Under the pieces are notes generated by a model. That model saw only the letters and a program-made list of their open reading frames with translations. It was not told the DNA's origin and searched no databases. Below are positions 11,237 to 26,376 of a stretch of DNA of 64,000 bases, one piece after another. Every line of letters starts with the position of its first letter. Position 1 is the stretch's first letter. Source of the stretch: Eimeria praecox. Taxonomy: Eukaryota. The stretch is taken from the NCBI GenBank assembly GCA_963920595.1, contig OY986947.1, positions 186,001 to 250,000 on the forward strand. Reading direction: 5' to 3'. The position numbers were made by a program, and so were the translations under genes.

Positions 11237-14200
11237 CTGATATGCAGCGGATGTCAGCCGGCACCTGCAAATGCACCTTCGCATGGCGCTGCTCATACCA
11301 AAATGTCAAACAGTCAGCGTTTGTCTGTTCCATGGTAATGCATGACTCGCAGCAGCGCTTAGCAAAGCCAACTGATGCACTGCTTGTGCAAATGCAATTG
11401 CCTACCAACATGGCGTTCTCCACTCCTCGCTGATTAAGCACCCCGCGTTAAATTCGCTTCCCCTTATTGACCAACTATTGCGGACAAACCACTTCAGTTC
11501 ACAACGAGACTCATGCACCAACAGAACCGCAAAGACTCCGCATTAATGGGCTCACGTGTGATATTTCCATGCCGGGAGACATGTTCAAATCATTGACGAA
11601 TATCTTGTTCCATGCAGCTTGCCGTATGCGCACCTCCTGCGTTGCGCCAAACAAAAAGCATCTATTAAACCGGATGCAATAAGCATGAGTACTACGCGAG
11701 GAGCTGAGGCGGTTTAAAGGGAATAAATCAACCCTAATCTCTAGATGCAAAATTGCCTCTTACTGCAGTGACCTAAACACCACAGTGCTTTGCCGCTCCA
11801 GCACCACATGATGCGAGCTAATTACTTCGGTGGTGCCAACATAGACTGACGTCGATCATCGTGTCTGTTTGCATCCCTCACAAATATTGAATGCACAGAT
11901 GCAAAGATGAATGAGTTATACGAAACTACCCTCATCTTCAGGATGCGCGTAAACTAAGCAGAACGCGTTTCGAGCGAAACTGTCCGCAGAAAAACCGCGT
12001 AGCAGTTACGCTGCCTAATGAATGGCCATATGGACCTCGCCTGGTTCCCATCAGCAAATGGGGAACCTGGTGGCCAGCCATCGCTCAGCAGCCTGATCCC
12101 TAAAGCGTGTTCTATGGAAAGATCAAGCACTGGGCACCTAGTACACACATCGCGAGCCCCTAGCAAAACAAAACCACTTGTCCTGCCGCACGGCGCCTTA
12201 AACGTACTACCGCAACCGCAAGCAAGCCTCCTCCTAACACAGTGTATTGCTCCACTCCGTGCTGCTCATTAAGCTCTGTCTGCATCAGAGCCAAAACGCA
12301 TGGATTGTCATGCCACCGGCTACAACGCACCCGCTGTTAGGAGGACGTTTGCGCGTCATGCAAAAGGCACCCAAACGTTCTTTTTTCAGAAACACGCTTC
12401 AATGACCCCAAGCGTGACCTACTTCAAGCCCACGGCGACGTTGTCCACCAGAGCGAGAGCAGCGCTGCTTACCTGCATGCAAATAAGTAGCTTCTCTGCA
12501 AAGCGGAACTGCACAGCAGTACCTCTGGGGACAAACGATGCATTGCACACCTCCAACGGTGGAGTCGATGGAAATGCTTGCGGCTGGACAGGATGCTCGC
12601 CAGACGTTTTACAGCACAGCACCACGTAACCAGAGCCCAAATCCAGCTGGAAAGGATTGACGCACTTCCTGAGATCGTAAACAACGTGCAGCGCTCAGGG
12701 TGTGACTAGTGCCGTTTGGCGTTCCCCATGGTTGAATGCGCTTCTCTATGGGGCGATGCAGCTTCCACCCGGCTATCTAAATCCATGATGCAGTCCACTG
12801 AGACTAGTCCAATTAACCTTCTCCTTTTACGGCAGTCGCCGTAAGCAGGCACAGCCCTGCCACATGCAGGCTCTACTGCAGACAAACAGACCATCCTTAC
12901 TTTTGCATCGCCGCCTTTAATGCCGTATATACAGAAACGTACAGGCACGCGACACACCTGCATGCACCTCCTGCTGGTGCAGGAACATTCTCCGACACCT
13001 GGAGAACAATCGACCGAAACGTGCTCGAAATAGCTCTGCGTCATCCTCGCTTTCGCTCTTCAGTTGCTGCTGCAACCTCCCGTTAGCCCGCGTTAAATAA
13101 TGCCCAACACCGAAACACATGTTCACATCCACACTGCTTACCGACATCCGCCGCAAGTAGCATACAACCACTGCGCTTAACTGGGCGTCCAGATAGAGGC
13201 AGTCTTAGGCACCTCCTACCTTCAAAGTGTCGTCAACACAGCCAACCGCACGACGAAGGCACTCTGGCCACAAACCTGCCATAGCATGGCTGTCCACCCA
13301 CCTCCTGTATTTCAGAAAGTGCGACGACTGTTCAGGGCCTTGAGAAAATAAGAAGCTGCCCTTCAGCACCTTTCAACATTGTATCTACATAGCAGCCTGC
13401 ATCACGCGACTTGGTGAAAGATTTTCAAACGGCACTGGCACCCCAACCAGCTCCATAACCTCAGTTCCGCACCCTCCTCGCCTTGCTGGGCTTGCGTCGA
13501 ACTGCTTCTGCCTATTCAACGGTTCCCTCTTTTTGACAACGTTGGCATTGACGCCCAATGCGAGTCTCCATAGCTGGCGCGAAAACACCAAAAATCGAAC
13601 AGTCGTTAGCGCAGAGTGCTGACACACAACTAGGCCACTCGGGTTCACAAATGCGCTCCACCGTGCATTCCGATGCACGACCAAATGCACTATGCAAACT
13701 AATGAGCGCGTGTGCAGGATGTCGAAGCTGGCACAATAAATGGAGACGCTCCGAAACCCACACTCGTCGTTCCATCCGCAAGAAGGGCCTGACACACATT
13801 ACGGCGTTACCAGCCTACGATTAGCCTACGATTATCGCGAGGCCCTTCCAACTACGTTGGCCTAGCTTCGCCATGTAGGCACAGCGCACCCACACACCGA
13901 ATCTCATCAGGTGAACCGTTCACACTCAGAAGCTCAATCCAAATCAACAGTTCTGACTTCTCATTCGAACAAAGCCGCCACTGCCAACAGTTGCGCAGCT
14001 ACACATGTTCTTCAATACTTCAGTGCCGAAGTCCGCATCCAACAAAGAATCCCCCACTGTATATCTGCTCAAGCAACGTTTCCCTCAAGGATGCTGCAAA
14101 CTGCTTCTGTTCAAGCGAACGTCAGGGGGATCAGCTCGCGTGTGTAGCAGGAACATACAATCTGCTTCACACTAGTAGCTGGCGAATTCAAGGGCTGCGA

Positions 14201-14833
14201 AAGGCTGTCTGCCAAATGTGCTGCATTATTTGACCCAACGGCACAGGCCCGCCGGATTAGCCAGCTAGCAGTCGAACATCAATGGATATTCCGCTCCTAA
14301 CAGCGTGCACTCGTGGCCAGCTGCCGAACCCCAAACACGCAAGGTAGCGCTGTTGGCCATTTCCTCACAAACCCGGCAGCAATAATAACGAAAAAGTGCA
14401 TATCAGTTTCTCGAAATCACGGCGCAACAACCCGCCAAAAGACTATCAGCTTGCGCTCGTGTGCAGCTGCCCGCCAGAAAACCCCAACATAGCCAAATGC
14501 GCTTGTTCTGGTGACCGGCACGCTTATTTTACCAGGGACTGCCCTTTCTTCACAGCAGCTGAGCTGCGTCTCCCCATCCTAGCCTCCGCCTCCGCCCTCG
14601 CCACCGACAACGACGCACAAGCTGCTTGGAGTTGGCAGACTACAAACAGCATAATTATAGCAAGAACTTCAACATGTGCCGGTGCCACACAGAATGAACC
14701 CTGCAAAATTTGCTGACGCTCTAACAGCGGCGCGCGTAGGGTTCCGTACTAATTTGCTCAAACAGAACAAACCACGTTAATTGCGCAAAGCAAAGAAGCA
14801 TTATTAGCTGTGGCCCTACAATGCCAAGGATAC

Positions 14834-15576
14834 CTGCAAGCCCAAGCATGCTCTCTGAAGAAGGCCCGCAAACATCCCACAATCCCACAGCCTTACGAGA
14901 CCTAGTTCTGCAGAACACTGCAGAGCTTTATCCACCGACGCAATCAGAATTTCGGCATGTTTCCGCATATATGAACTGGTCGGTTTCAAGCATCCAACTT
15001 GTTGCGCCATATGCTGCCGAAAATCCGATGCCAAAATTCGACTTATCAGTGGAGACAAGGCCTTCGGCCCAGGCAGCCAAAAACAGCCATCTGCGTCGAA
15101 ATGTGGCTTCAAACTCTTGTCTACACACGCGTGAAGTGGCAAGCACCTCCCAACAGCGCTTTAAGTCGGCGTGAGTGTGCTGTTGGGGACTGCTTTCAAA
15201 CCATGGCGCTGCCTTCAAACAGGTGCTTAATCCAGGTAATTCAAGGGCTGCATCTCCACGCACTTTCTTAACACATGGGGCGCATTGCTTAGATATTCCG
15301 CAAGCTGACCTGTTCCTCTTGGCTGTCCTTGAAAGGCGCAAGCCTCACCTTGCGAGAACAGTGCTTTGCTGGGTGCTCGCCATCCAACGAAGTGGTGGCG
15401 ATCGTAGCCCCATCTAGCAAGCATGACCATGCAAAGATGTTCCACAAAGTCGGCATCAACAGCAGCAAAGCACCACCGCCATAGAGGCCGCAACAGCCGA
15501 AGACGCCGCCGTACATCTAGCCTGCCTCTTTGCAGCTACACCAACAGAAGCAAGTTAACAAGCAATCGTGCTTTTC
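14834..15576 (-). CDS. WD40-like micro-exon cassette, copy 4 (variant C-terminus ...AGLLQRACLGLQ)
   Basis: Exons 15576-15522, 15413-15381 and 14901-14834. The last exon has six substitutions, with frame and splice sites intact. Confidence 0.6.
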
Positions 15577-18500
15577 CTGATATGCAGCGGATGTCAGCCG
15601 GCACCTGCAAATGCACCTTCGCATGGCGCTGCTCATACCAAAATGTCAAACAGTCAGCGTTTGTCTGTTCCATGGTAATGCATGACTCGCAGCAGCGCTT
15701 AGCAAAGCCAACTGATGCACTGCTTGTGCAAATGCAATTGCCTACCAACATGGCGTTCTCCACTCCTCGCTGATTAAGCACCCCGCGTTAAATTCGCTTC
15801 CCCTTATTGACCAACTATTGCGGACAAACCAGTTCAGTTCACAACGAGACTCACGCACCAACAGAACCGCATAGACTCCGCATTAATGGGCTCACGTGTG
15901 ACATTTCCATGCCGGGAGACATGTTCAAATCATTGACGAATATCTTGTTCCATGCAGCTTGCCGTATGCGCACCTCCTGCGTTACGCCAAACAAAAAACA
16001 TCTATTAAACCGGATGCAATAAGCATGAGTACTAAGCGAGGAGCTGAGGCGGTTTAAAGGGAATAAATCAACCCTAACCTCTAGACGCAAAATTGCCTCT
16101 CACTGCAGTGACCTAAACACCACAGTGCTTTGCCGCTCCAGCACCACATGATGCGAGCTAATTACTTCGGTGGTGCCAACATAGACTGACGTCGATCATC
16201 GTGTCTGTTTGCATCCCTTAGAAATATTGAATGCACAGATGCAAAGATGAATGAGTTATACGAAACTACCCTCATCTTCAGGATGCGCGTAAACTAAGCA
16301 GAACGCGTTTCGAGCGAAACTGTCCGCAGAAAAACCGCGTAGCAGTTACGCTGCCTAATGAATGGCCATATGGACCTAGCCTGGTTCCCATCAGCAAATG
16401 GGGAACCTGGTGGCCAGCCATCACTCAGCAGCCTGATCCCTAAAGCGTGTTCTCTGGAAAGATCAAGCACTGGGCACCTAGTACACACATCGCGAGCCCC
16501 TAGCAAAACAAAACCACTTGTCCTGCCGCACGGCGCCTTAAACGTACTACCGCAACCGCAAGCAAGCCTCCTCCTAACACAGTGTATTGCTCCACTCCGT
16601 GCTGCTCATTAAGCTCTGCCTGCATCAGAGCCAAAACGCATGGATTGTCATGCCACCGGCTACAACGCACCCGCTGTTAGGAGGACGTTTGCGCGTCATG
16701 CAAAAGGCACCCAAACGTTCTTTTTTCAGAAACACACTTAAATGACCTGAAGCGTGACCTACTTCAAGCCCACGGCGACGTTGTCCACCAGAGCGAGAGC
16801 AGCGTTGCTTACCTGCATGCAAATAAGTAGCTTCTCTGCAAAGCGGAACTGCACAGCAGTACCTCTGGGGACAAACGATGCATTGCACACCTCCAACGGT
16901 GGAGTCGATGGAAATGCTTGCGGCTGGACAGGATGTTCGCCAGACGTTTTACAGCACAGCACCACCTAACTCGAGCCCAAATCCAGCTGGAAAGGATTGA
17001 CGCACTTCCTGAGATCGTAAACAACGTGCAGCGCTCAGGGTGTGACTAGTGCCGTTTGGCGTTCCCCATGGTTGAATGCGCTTCTCTATGGGGCGATGCA
17101 GCTTCCACCCGGCTATCTAAATCCATGATGCAGTCCACTGAGACTAGTCCAATTAACCTTCTCCTTTTACGGCAGTCGCCGTAAGCAGGCACAGCCCTGC
17201 CACATGCAGGCTCTACTGCAGACAAACAGACCATCCTTACTTTTGCATCGCCGCCTTTAATGCCGTATATACAGAAACGTACAGGCACGCGACACACCTG
17301 CATGCACCTCCTGCTGGTGCAGGAACATTCTCCGACACCTGGAGAACAATCGACCGAAACGTGCTCGAAATAGCTCTGCGTCATCCTCGCTTTCGCTCTT
17401 CAGTTGCTGCTGCAACCTCCCGTTAGCCCGCGTTAAATAATGCCCAACACCGAAACACATGTTCACATCCACACTGCTTACCGACATCCGCCGCAAGTAG
17501 CATACAACCACTGCGCTTAACTGGGCGTCCAGATAGAGGCAGTCTTAGGCACCTCCTACCTTCAAAGTGTCGTCAACACAGCCAACCGCACGACGAAGGC
17601 ACTCTGGCCACAAACCTGCCATAGCATGGCTGTCCACCCACCTCCTGTATTTCAGAAAGTGCGACGACTGTTCAGGGCCTTGAGAAAATAAGAAGCTGCC
17701 CTTCAGCACCTTTGAACATTGTATCTACATAGCAGCCTGCATCACGCGACTTGGTGAAAGATTTTCAAACGGCACTGGCACCCCAACCAGCTCCATAACC
17801 TCAGTTCCGCACCCTCCTCGCCTTGCTGGGCTTGCGTCGAACTGCTTCTGCCTATTCAACGGTTCCCTCTTTTTGACAACGTTGGCATTGACGCCCAATG
17901 CGAGTCTCCATAGCTGGCGCGAATACACCAAAAATCGAACAGTCGTTAGCGCAGAGTGCTGACACACAACTAGGCCACTCGGGTTCACAAATGCGCTCCA
18001 CCGTGCATTCCGATCCACGACCAAATGCACTATGCAAACTAATGAGCGCGTGTGCAGGATGTCGAAGCTGGCACAATAAATGGAGACGCTCCGAAACCCA
18101 CACTCGTCGTTCCATCCGCAAGAAGGGCCTGACACACATTACGGCGTTACCAGCCTACGATTAGCCTACGATTATCGCGAGGCCCTTCCAACTACGTTGG
18201 CCTAGCTTCGCCATGTAGGCACAGCGCACCCACACACCGAATCTCATCAGGTGAACCGTTCACACTCAGAAGCTCAATCCAAATCAACAGTTCTGACTTC
18301 TCATTCGAACAAAGCCGCCACTCCCAACAGGTGCGCAGCTACACATGTTCTTCAATACTTCAGTGCCGAAGTCCGCATCCGACAACGAATCCCCCACTGT
18401 ATATCTGCTCAAGCAACGTTTCCCTCAAGGATGCTGCAAACTGTTTCTGTGCAAGCGCACGTCAGGGGGATCAGCTCGCGTGTGTAGCAGGAACATACAA

Positions 18501-19174
18501 TCTGCTTCACACTAGTAGCTGGCGAATTCAAGGGCTGCGAAAGGCTGTCTGACAATTGTGCTGCATTATTTGACCCAATGGCACAGGCCCGCCGGATTAG
18601 CCAGCTAGCAGTCGAACACCAATGGATATCCCGCTCCTAACAGCGTGCACTCGTGGCCAGCTGCCGAACCCCAAACACCGCAAGGTAGCGCTGTTGGCCA
18701 CTTCATCACAAACCCGGCAGCAATAATAACGAAAACGTGCATATCGGCTTCTCGATACCACGCCACAACAACCCGCCAAAAGACTATCAACTTGCGCTCT
18801 TGTGCAGCTGCCCGCCAGAAAACCCCAACATAGCCAGGCATACATCTTCTGGTGACCGGCACCTTTGTTTTATCAGGGACTCTCATTTCCTACAGCGGCT
18901 TTGCTGTTTCCCCCCATCCTAGCCTCCGCCTCCGCCCTCGCCGCCACCCGCAATATACACACTGCGCGACGTTAGCAGACTACAAACACGCATAATTATA
19001 GCAAGACCTTCAACATGTGCCGGTGCCGCACAGAATGAACCCTGCAAAATTTGCTGACGCTCTAACAGCAGCGCGCGTAGGGTTCCGTACTAATTTGCTC
19101 AAACAGAACAAACCACGTTAATTGCGCAAAGCAAAGAAGCATGATTAGCTGTGGCCATACAATGCCAAGGATAC

Positions 19175-19925
19175 CTGCAGTTGCAAGCATGCTCTCTGTT
19201 GAAGGCCCGCAAACATCCCACAATCCCACAGCCTTACGAGACCTAGTTCTGCAGAACATTGCAGAGCTTTCTCCACCAACGCAATCAGAATTTGGAAATG
19301 CTTCCGCAGTTCATTGTATATGAACTGGTAGGCTTCAAGCATCCAACTTGTTGAGCCCTATGCTGCCGAAAATCCGAAGCCAAAATTCGACTTATCAGTG
19401 GCGACAAGGCCTTCGGCCCAGGCAGCCAAAAGCAGCCATCTGCGTCGAAATGTGGCTTCAAACTCTTGTCTGCACAAGCGTGAAGTGGCACGCACCTTTC
19501 AACAACGCTTTAAGTCGGCGTGAGTGTGCTGTTGCGGACTGCTCTCAAACCATGGCGCTGCCTTCAAACAGGTGCCCAATCCAGGTAATTCAAGGGCTGC
19601 ATCTCCACGCACTTGCTTAACACATGGAGCGCATTGTTTGGATATTCCGCAAGATGACCTGTTCCTTTTGGCCGTCCTTGAAAGGCACAAGCCTCACCTT
19701 GGGAGAACAGTGCTTTGCTGGGTTCCCGCCATCCAACGAAGTGGTGGCGATCGTAGCCCCATCTAGCAAGCATGAACATGCAAAGATGTTCCACAAAATC
19801 GGCATCAACAGCAGCAAAGCACCACCGCCATAGAGGCCGCAACAGCCGAAGACGCCGCCGTACATCTAGCCTGCCTCTTTGCAGCTACACCAACAGAAGC
19901 AAGTTAACAAGCAATCGTGCTTTTC
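19175..19925 (-). CDS. WD40-like micro-exon cassette, copy 5
   Basis: Exons 19925-19871, 19762-19730 and 19242-19175. The middle-exon donor reads GCGGG instead of GCGAG from this copy onward. Confidence 0.58.
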
Positions 19926-22900
19926 CTGATACGCAGCGGATGTCAGCTGGCACCTGCAAATGCACCTTCGCATGGCGCTGCTCATACCAAAATGTCAAAC
20001 AGTCAGCGTTTGTCTGTTCCATGGTAATGCATGACTCGCAGCAGCGCTCAGCAATGTCAACTGATGCACTGCTTGTGCAAATGCAATTGCCTACCAACAT
20101 GGCGTTCTCCAGCCCTCGCTGATTAAGCACCCCGCGTTAAATTCGCTTCCCCTTATTGACCAACTATTGCGGACAAACCAGTTCAGTTCACAACGAGACT
20201 CACGCACCAACAGAACCGCATAGACTCCGCATTAATGGGCTCACGTGTGATATTTCCATGCCGGGAGACATGTTCAAATCATTGACGAATATCTTGTTCC
20301 ATGCAGCTTGCCGTATGCGCACCTCCTGCGTTACGCCAAACAAAAAACATCTATTAAACCGGATGCAATAAGCATGAGTACTAAGCGAGGAGCTGAGGCG
20401 GTTTAAAGGGAATAAATCAACCCTAACCTCTAGACGCAAAATTGCCTCTCACTGCAGTGACCTAAACACCACAGTGCTTTGCCGCTCCAGCACCACATGA
20501 TGCGAGCTAATTACTTCGGTGGTGCCAACATAGACTGACGTCGACCATCGTGCCTGTTTGCATCCCTCAGAAATATTGAATGCACAGGTGCAAAGATGAA
20601 TGAGTTATACGAAACTACCCTCATCTTCAGGATGCGCGTAAACTAAGCAGAACGCGTTTCGAGCGAAACTGTCCGCAGAAAAATCGCGTAGCAGTTACGC
20701 TGCCTAATGAATGGCCATATGGACCTCGCCTGGTTCCCATCAGCAAATGGGGAACCTGGTGGCCAGCCATCACTCAGCAGCCTGATCCCTAAAGCGTGTT
20801 CTCTGGAAAGATCAAGCACTGGGCACCTAGTACACACATCGCGAGCCCCTAGCAAAACAAAACCACTTGTCCTGCCGCACGGCGCCTTAAACGTACTAGC
20901 GCAACCGCAAGCAAGCCTCCTCCTAACACAGTGTATTGCTCCACTCTGTGCTGCTCATTAAGCTCTGTCTGCATCGAAGCCAAAACGCATGGATTGTCAT
21001 GCCACCGGCGTCAATGCACCCGCTGTTAGGAGGACGTTTGCGCGTCATGCAAAAGGCACCCAAACGTTCTTTTTTCAGAAACACACTTAAATGACCTGAA
21101 GCGTGACTTACCTCAAGCCCACGGCGACGCTGCCCACCAGAGCGAGAGCAGCGCTGCTTACCTGCATGCAAATAAGTAGCTTCTCTGCAAAGCGGAACTG
21201 CACAGCAGTACCTCTGGGGACAAACGATGCATTGCACACCTCCAACGGTGGAGTCGATGGAAATGCTTGCGGCTGGACAGGATGTTCGCCAGACGTTTTA
21301 CAGCACAGCACCACCTAACTCGAGCCCAAATCCAGCTGGAAAGGATTGACGCACTTCCTGAGATCGTAAACAACGTGCAGCGCTCAGGGTGCGACTAGTG
21401 CCGTTTGGCGTTCCCCATAGTTGAATGCGCTTCTCTATGGGGCGATGCAGCTTCCACCCGGCTATCTAAATCCATGATGCAGTCCACTGAGACTAGTCCA
21501 ATTAACCTTCTCCTTTTACGGCAGTCGCCGTAAGCAGGCACAGCCCTGCCACATGCAGGCTCTACTGCAGACAAACAGACCATCCTTACTTTTGCATCGC
21601 CGCCTTTAATGCCGTATATACAGAAACGTACAGGCACGCGACACACCTGCATGCACCTCCTGCTGGTGCAGGAACATTCTCCGACACCTGGAGAACAATC
21701 GACCGAAACGTGCTCGAAATAGCTCTGCGTCATCCTCGCTTTCGCTCTTCAGTTGCTGCTGCAACCTCCCGTTAGCCCGCGTTAAATAATGCCCAACACC
21801 GAAACACATGTCTACATCCACACTGCTTACCGACATCCGCCGCAAGTAGCATACAACCAATGAGCTTAACTGGGCGTCCAGATAGAGGCAGTCTTAGGCA
21901 CCTCCTACCTTCAAAGTGTCGTCAACACAGCCAACCGCACGACGAAGGCACTCTGGCCACAAACCTGCCATAGCATGGCTGTCCACCCACCTCCTGTATA
22001 TCAGAAAGTGCGACGACTGTTCAGGGCCTTGAGAAAATAAGAAGCTGCCCTTCAGCACCTTTCAACATTGTATCTACATAGCAGCCTGCATCACGCGACT
22101 TGGTGAAAGATTTTCAAACGGCACTGGCACCCCAACCAGCTCCATAACCTCAGTTCCGCACCCTCCTCGCCTTGCTGGGCTTGCGTCGAACTGCTTCTGC
22201 CTATTCAACGGTTCCCTCTTTTTGACAACGTTGGCATTGACGCCCAATGCGAGTCTCCATAGCTGGCGCGAATACACCAAAAATCGAACAGTCGTTAGCG
22301 CAGAGTGCTGACACACAACTAGGCCACTCGGGTTCACAAATGCGCTCCACCGTGCATTCCGAAGCACGACCAAACGCACTATGCACACTAATGAGCGCAT
22401 GTGCAGGATGTCGAAGCTGGCACAATAAATGGAGACGCTCCGAAACCCACACTCGTCGTTCCATCCGCAAGAAGGGCCTAACACACATTACGGCGTTACC
22501 AGCCTACGATTAGTCTACGATTATCGCGAGGCCCTTCCAACTACGTTGGCCTAGCCTCGCCATGTAGGCATAGCGCACCCACACACCGAATCTCATCAGG
22601 TGAACCGTTCACACTCAGAAGCTCAATCCAAATCAACAGTTCTGACTTCTCATTCGAACAAAGCCGCCACTCCCAACAGGTGCGCAGCTACACATGTTCT
22701 TCGGTACTTCAGTGCCGAAGTCCGCATCCAACAAAGAATCCCCCACTGTATATCTGCTCAAGCAACGTTTCCCTCAACGATGCTGCAAACTGTTTCTGTG
22801 CAAGCGAACGTCAGGGGGATCAGCTCGCGTGTGTAGCAGGAACATACAATCTGCTTCACACTAGTAGCTGGCGAATTCAAGGGCTGCGAAAGGCTGTCTG

Positions 22901-23524
22901 CCAAATGTGCTGCATTATTTTGACGCAATGGCACATGCCCGCCGGATTAGCCAGCTAGCAGTCGAACACCAAGGGATATTCCGCTCCTAACAGCGTGCAC
23001 TCGTGGCCAGCTGCCGAACCCCAAACACCGCAAGGCAGCGCTGTTGGCCATTTCCTCACAAACCCGGCAGCAATAATAACGAAAACGTGCATATCAGTTT
23101 CTCGAAATCACGGCTCAACAACCCGCCAAAAGACTATCAACTTGCGCTCTTCTGCAGCTGCCCGCCAGAGAACCCCAACATAGCCAGGCATACATCTTCT
23201 GGTGACCGGCACCTTTGTTTTATCAGGGACTCTCATTTCCTACAGCGGCTTTGCTGTTTCTCCCCATCCTAGCCTCCGCCTCCGCCCTCGCCGTCACCCG
23301 CAATATACACACTGCGCGGCGTCAGCAGACTACAAACACGCATAATTATAGCAAGACCTTCAACATGTGCCGGTGCCACACAGAATGAACCCTGCAAAAT
23401 TTGCTGACGCTCTAACAGCAGCGCGCGTAGGGTTCCGTACTAATTTGCTCAAACAGAACAAACCACGTTAACTGCGCAAAGCAAAGAAGCATGATTAGCT
23501 GTGGCCATACAATGCCAAGGATAC

Positions 23525-24275
23525 CTGCAGTTGCAAGCATGCTCTCTGTTGAAGGCCCGCAAACATCCCACAATCCCACAGCCTTACGAGACCTAGTTCT
23601 GCAGAACATTGCAGAGCTTTCTCCACCAACGCAATCAGAATTTGGAAATGCTTCCGCAGTTCATTGTATATGAACTGGTAGGCTTCAAGCATCCAACTTG
23701 TTGAGCCATATGCTGCCGAAAATCCGATGCCAAAATTCGACTTATCAGTGGAGACAAGGCCTTCGGCCCAGGCAGCCAAAAACAGCCATCTGCGTCGAAA
23801 TGTGGCTTCAAACTCTTGTCTGCACAAGCGTGAAGTGGCACGCACCTTTCAACAACGCTTTAAGTCGGCGTGAGTGTGCTGTTGCGGACTGCTCTCAAAC
23901 CATGGCGCTGCCTTCAAACAGGTGCCCAATCCAGGTAATTCAAGGGCTGCATCTCCACGCACTTGCTTAACACATGGAACGCATTGTTTGGATATTCCGC
24001 AAGATGACCTGTTCCTCTTGGCCGTCCTTGAAAGGCACAAGCCTCACCTTGGGAGAACAGTGCTTTGCTGGGTTCCCGCCATCCAACGAAGTGGTGGCGA
24101 TCGTAGCCCCATCTAGCAAGCATGAACATGCAAAGATGTTCCACAAAATCGGCATCAACAGCAGCAAAGCACCACCGCCATAGAGGCCGCAACAGCCGAA
24201 GACGCCGCCGTACATCTAGCCTGCCTCTTTGCAGCTACACCAACAGAAGCAAGTTAACAAGCAATCGTGCTTTTC
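23525..24275 (-). CDS. WD40-like micro-exon cassette, copy 6 (2.1-kb short unit)
   Basis: Exons 24275-24221, 24112-24080 and 23592-23525 are retained intact in the short unit. Confidence 0.58.
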
Positions 24276-25625
24276 CTGATATGCAGCGGATGTCAGCTGG
24301 CACCTGCAAATGCACCCTCGCATAGCGCTGCTCATACCAAAATGTCAAACAGTCAGCGTTTGTCTGTTCTATGGTAATGCATGACTCGCAGCAGAGCTCA
24401 GCAAAGTCCACAGATGCACTGCTTGTGCAACTGCAACTGTCTACCAACATGGCGTTCTCCACTCCTCGCTGATTAAGCACCCCGCATTAAATTCGCTTCC
24501 CCTTATTGACCAACTATTGCGGACAAACCAGTTCAGTTCACAACGAGACTCACGCACCAACAGAACCGCATAGAATCCACATTAATGGGCTCACGCGTCA
24601 TATTTCCATGCCGGGAGACATGTTCAAGTCACTGACGAATATCTTGTTCCATGCAGCTTGCCGTATGCCTACCTCACACCTACACACCAAATCTCATTAG
24701 GTGAACCGTTCACACTCAGAAGCTCAATCCAAATCAACAGTTCTGACTTCTCATTCGCACAAAGCCGCCACTCCCAACAGGTGCGCAGCTACACATGTTC
24801 TTCGATACTTCAGTGCCGAAGTCCGCATCCAACAAAGTTTCCCCCACTGTATATCTGCTCAACCAACGTTTCCCTCAACGATGCTGCAAACTGTTTCTGT
24901 GCAAGCGCACGTCATGGGCGTCAGGCACCGTTTGTAGAAGTTACGTACCACCTGCATCACACTAGTAGCTGGCGAATTCAAGGGCTGCGAAAGGCTGTCT
25001 GCCAAATGTGCTGCATTATTTTGACGCAATGGCACAGGCCTGCCGGATTAGCCAGCTAGCAGTCGAATACCAATGGATATCCCGCTCTTAACAGCGTGCA
25101 CTCGCGGCCAGCTGCCGAACCCCAAACACCGCAAGGTAGCGCTGTTGACCCTTTCATCACAAACCCGGCAGCAATAATAAAGAAAACGTGCATATCGGCT
25201 TCTCGATACCACGCCACAACAACCCGCCAAAAGACTATCAACTTGCGCTCTTGTGCAGCTGCCCGCCAGAAAACCCCAACATAGCCAGGCATACATCTTC
25301 TGGTGACCGGCACCTTTGTTTTATCAGGGACTCTCATTTCCTACAGCGGCTTTGCTGTTTCTCCCCATCCTAGCCTCCGCCTCCGCCCTCGCCGTCACCC
25401 GCAATATACACACTGCGCGGCGTCAGCAGACTACAAACACGCATAATTATAGCAAGACCTTCAACATGTGCCGGTGCCACACAGAATGAACCCTGCAAAA
25501 TTTGCTGACGCTCTAACAGCAGCGCGCGTAGGGTTCCGTACTAATTTGCTCAAACAGAACAAACCACGTTAACTGCGCAAAGCAAAGAAGCATGATTAGC
25601 TGTGGCCATACAATGCCAAGGATAC

Positions 25626-26376
25626 CTGCAGTTGCAAGCATGCTCTCTGTTGAAGGCCCGCAAACATCCCACAATCCCACAGCCTTACGAGACCTAGTTC
25701 TGCAGAACATTGCAGAGCTTTCTCCACCAACGCAATCAGAATTTGGAAATGCTTCCGCAGTTCATTGTATATGAACTGGTAGGCTTCAAGCATCCAACTT
25801 GTTGAGCCCTATGCTGCCGAAAATCCGAAGCCAAAATTCGACTTATCAGTGGCGACAAGGCCTTCGGCCCAGGCAGCCAAAAGCAGCCATCTGCGTCGAA
25901 ATGTGGCTTCAAACTCTTGTCTGCACAAGCGTGAAGTGGCAAGCACCTCCTAACAGCGCTTTAAGCTGGCGTGAGTGTGCTGTTGCGAACTGCTCTCAAA
26001 CCATGGCGCTGCCTTCAAACAGGTGCCCAATCCAGGTAATTCAAGGGCTGCATCTCCACGCACTTGCTTAACACATGGAACGCATTGTTTGGGTATTCCG
26101 CAAGATGACCTGTTCCTCTTGGCCGTCCTTGAAAGGCACAAGCCTCACCTTGGGAGAACAGTGCTTTGCTGGGTTCCCGCCATCCAACGAAGTGGTGGCG
26201 ATCGTAGCCCCATCTAGCAAGCATGAACATGCAAAGATGTTCCACAAAATCGGCATCAACAGCAGCAAAGCACCACCGCCATAGAGGCCGCAACAGCCGA
26301 AGACGCCGCCGTACATCTAGCCTGCCTCTTTGCAGCTACACCAACAGAAGCAAGTTAACAAGCAATCGTGCTTTTC
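25626..26376 (-). CDS. WD40-like micro-exon cassette, copy 7 (short unit)
   Basis: Exons 26376-26322, 26213-26181 and 25693-25626. Confidence 0.58.
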
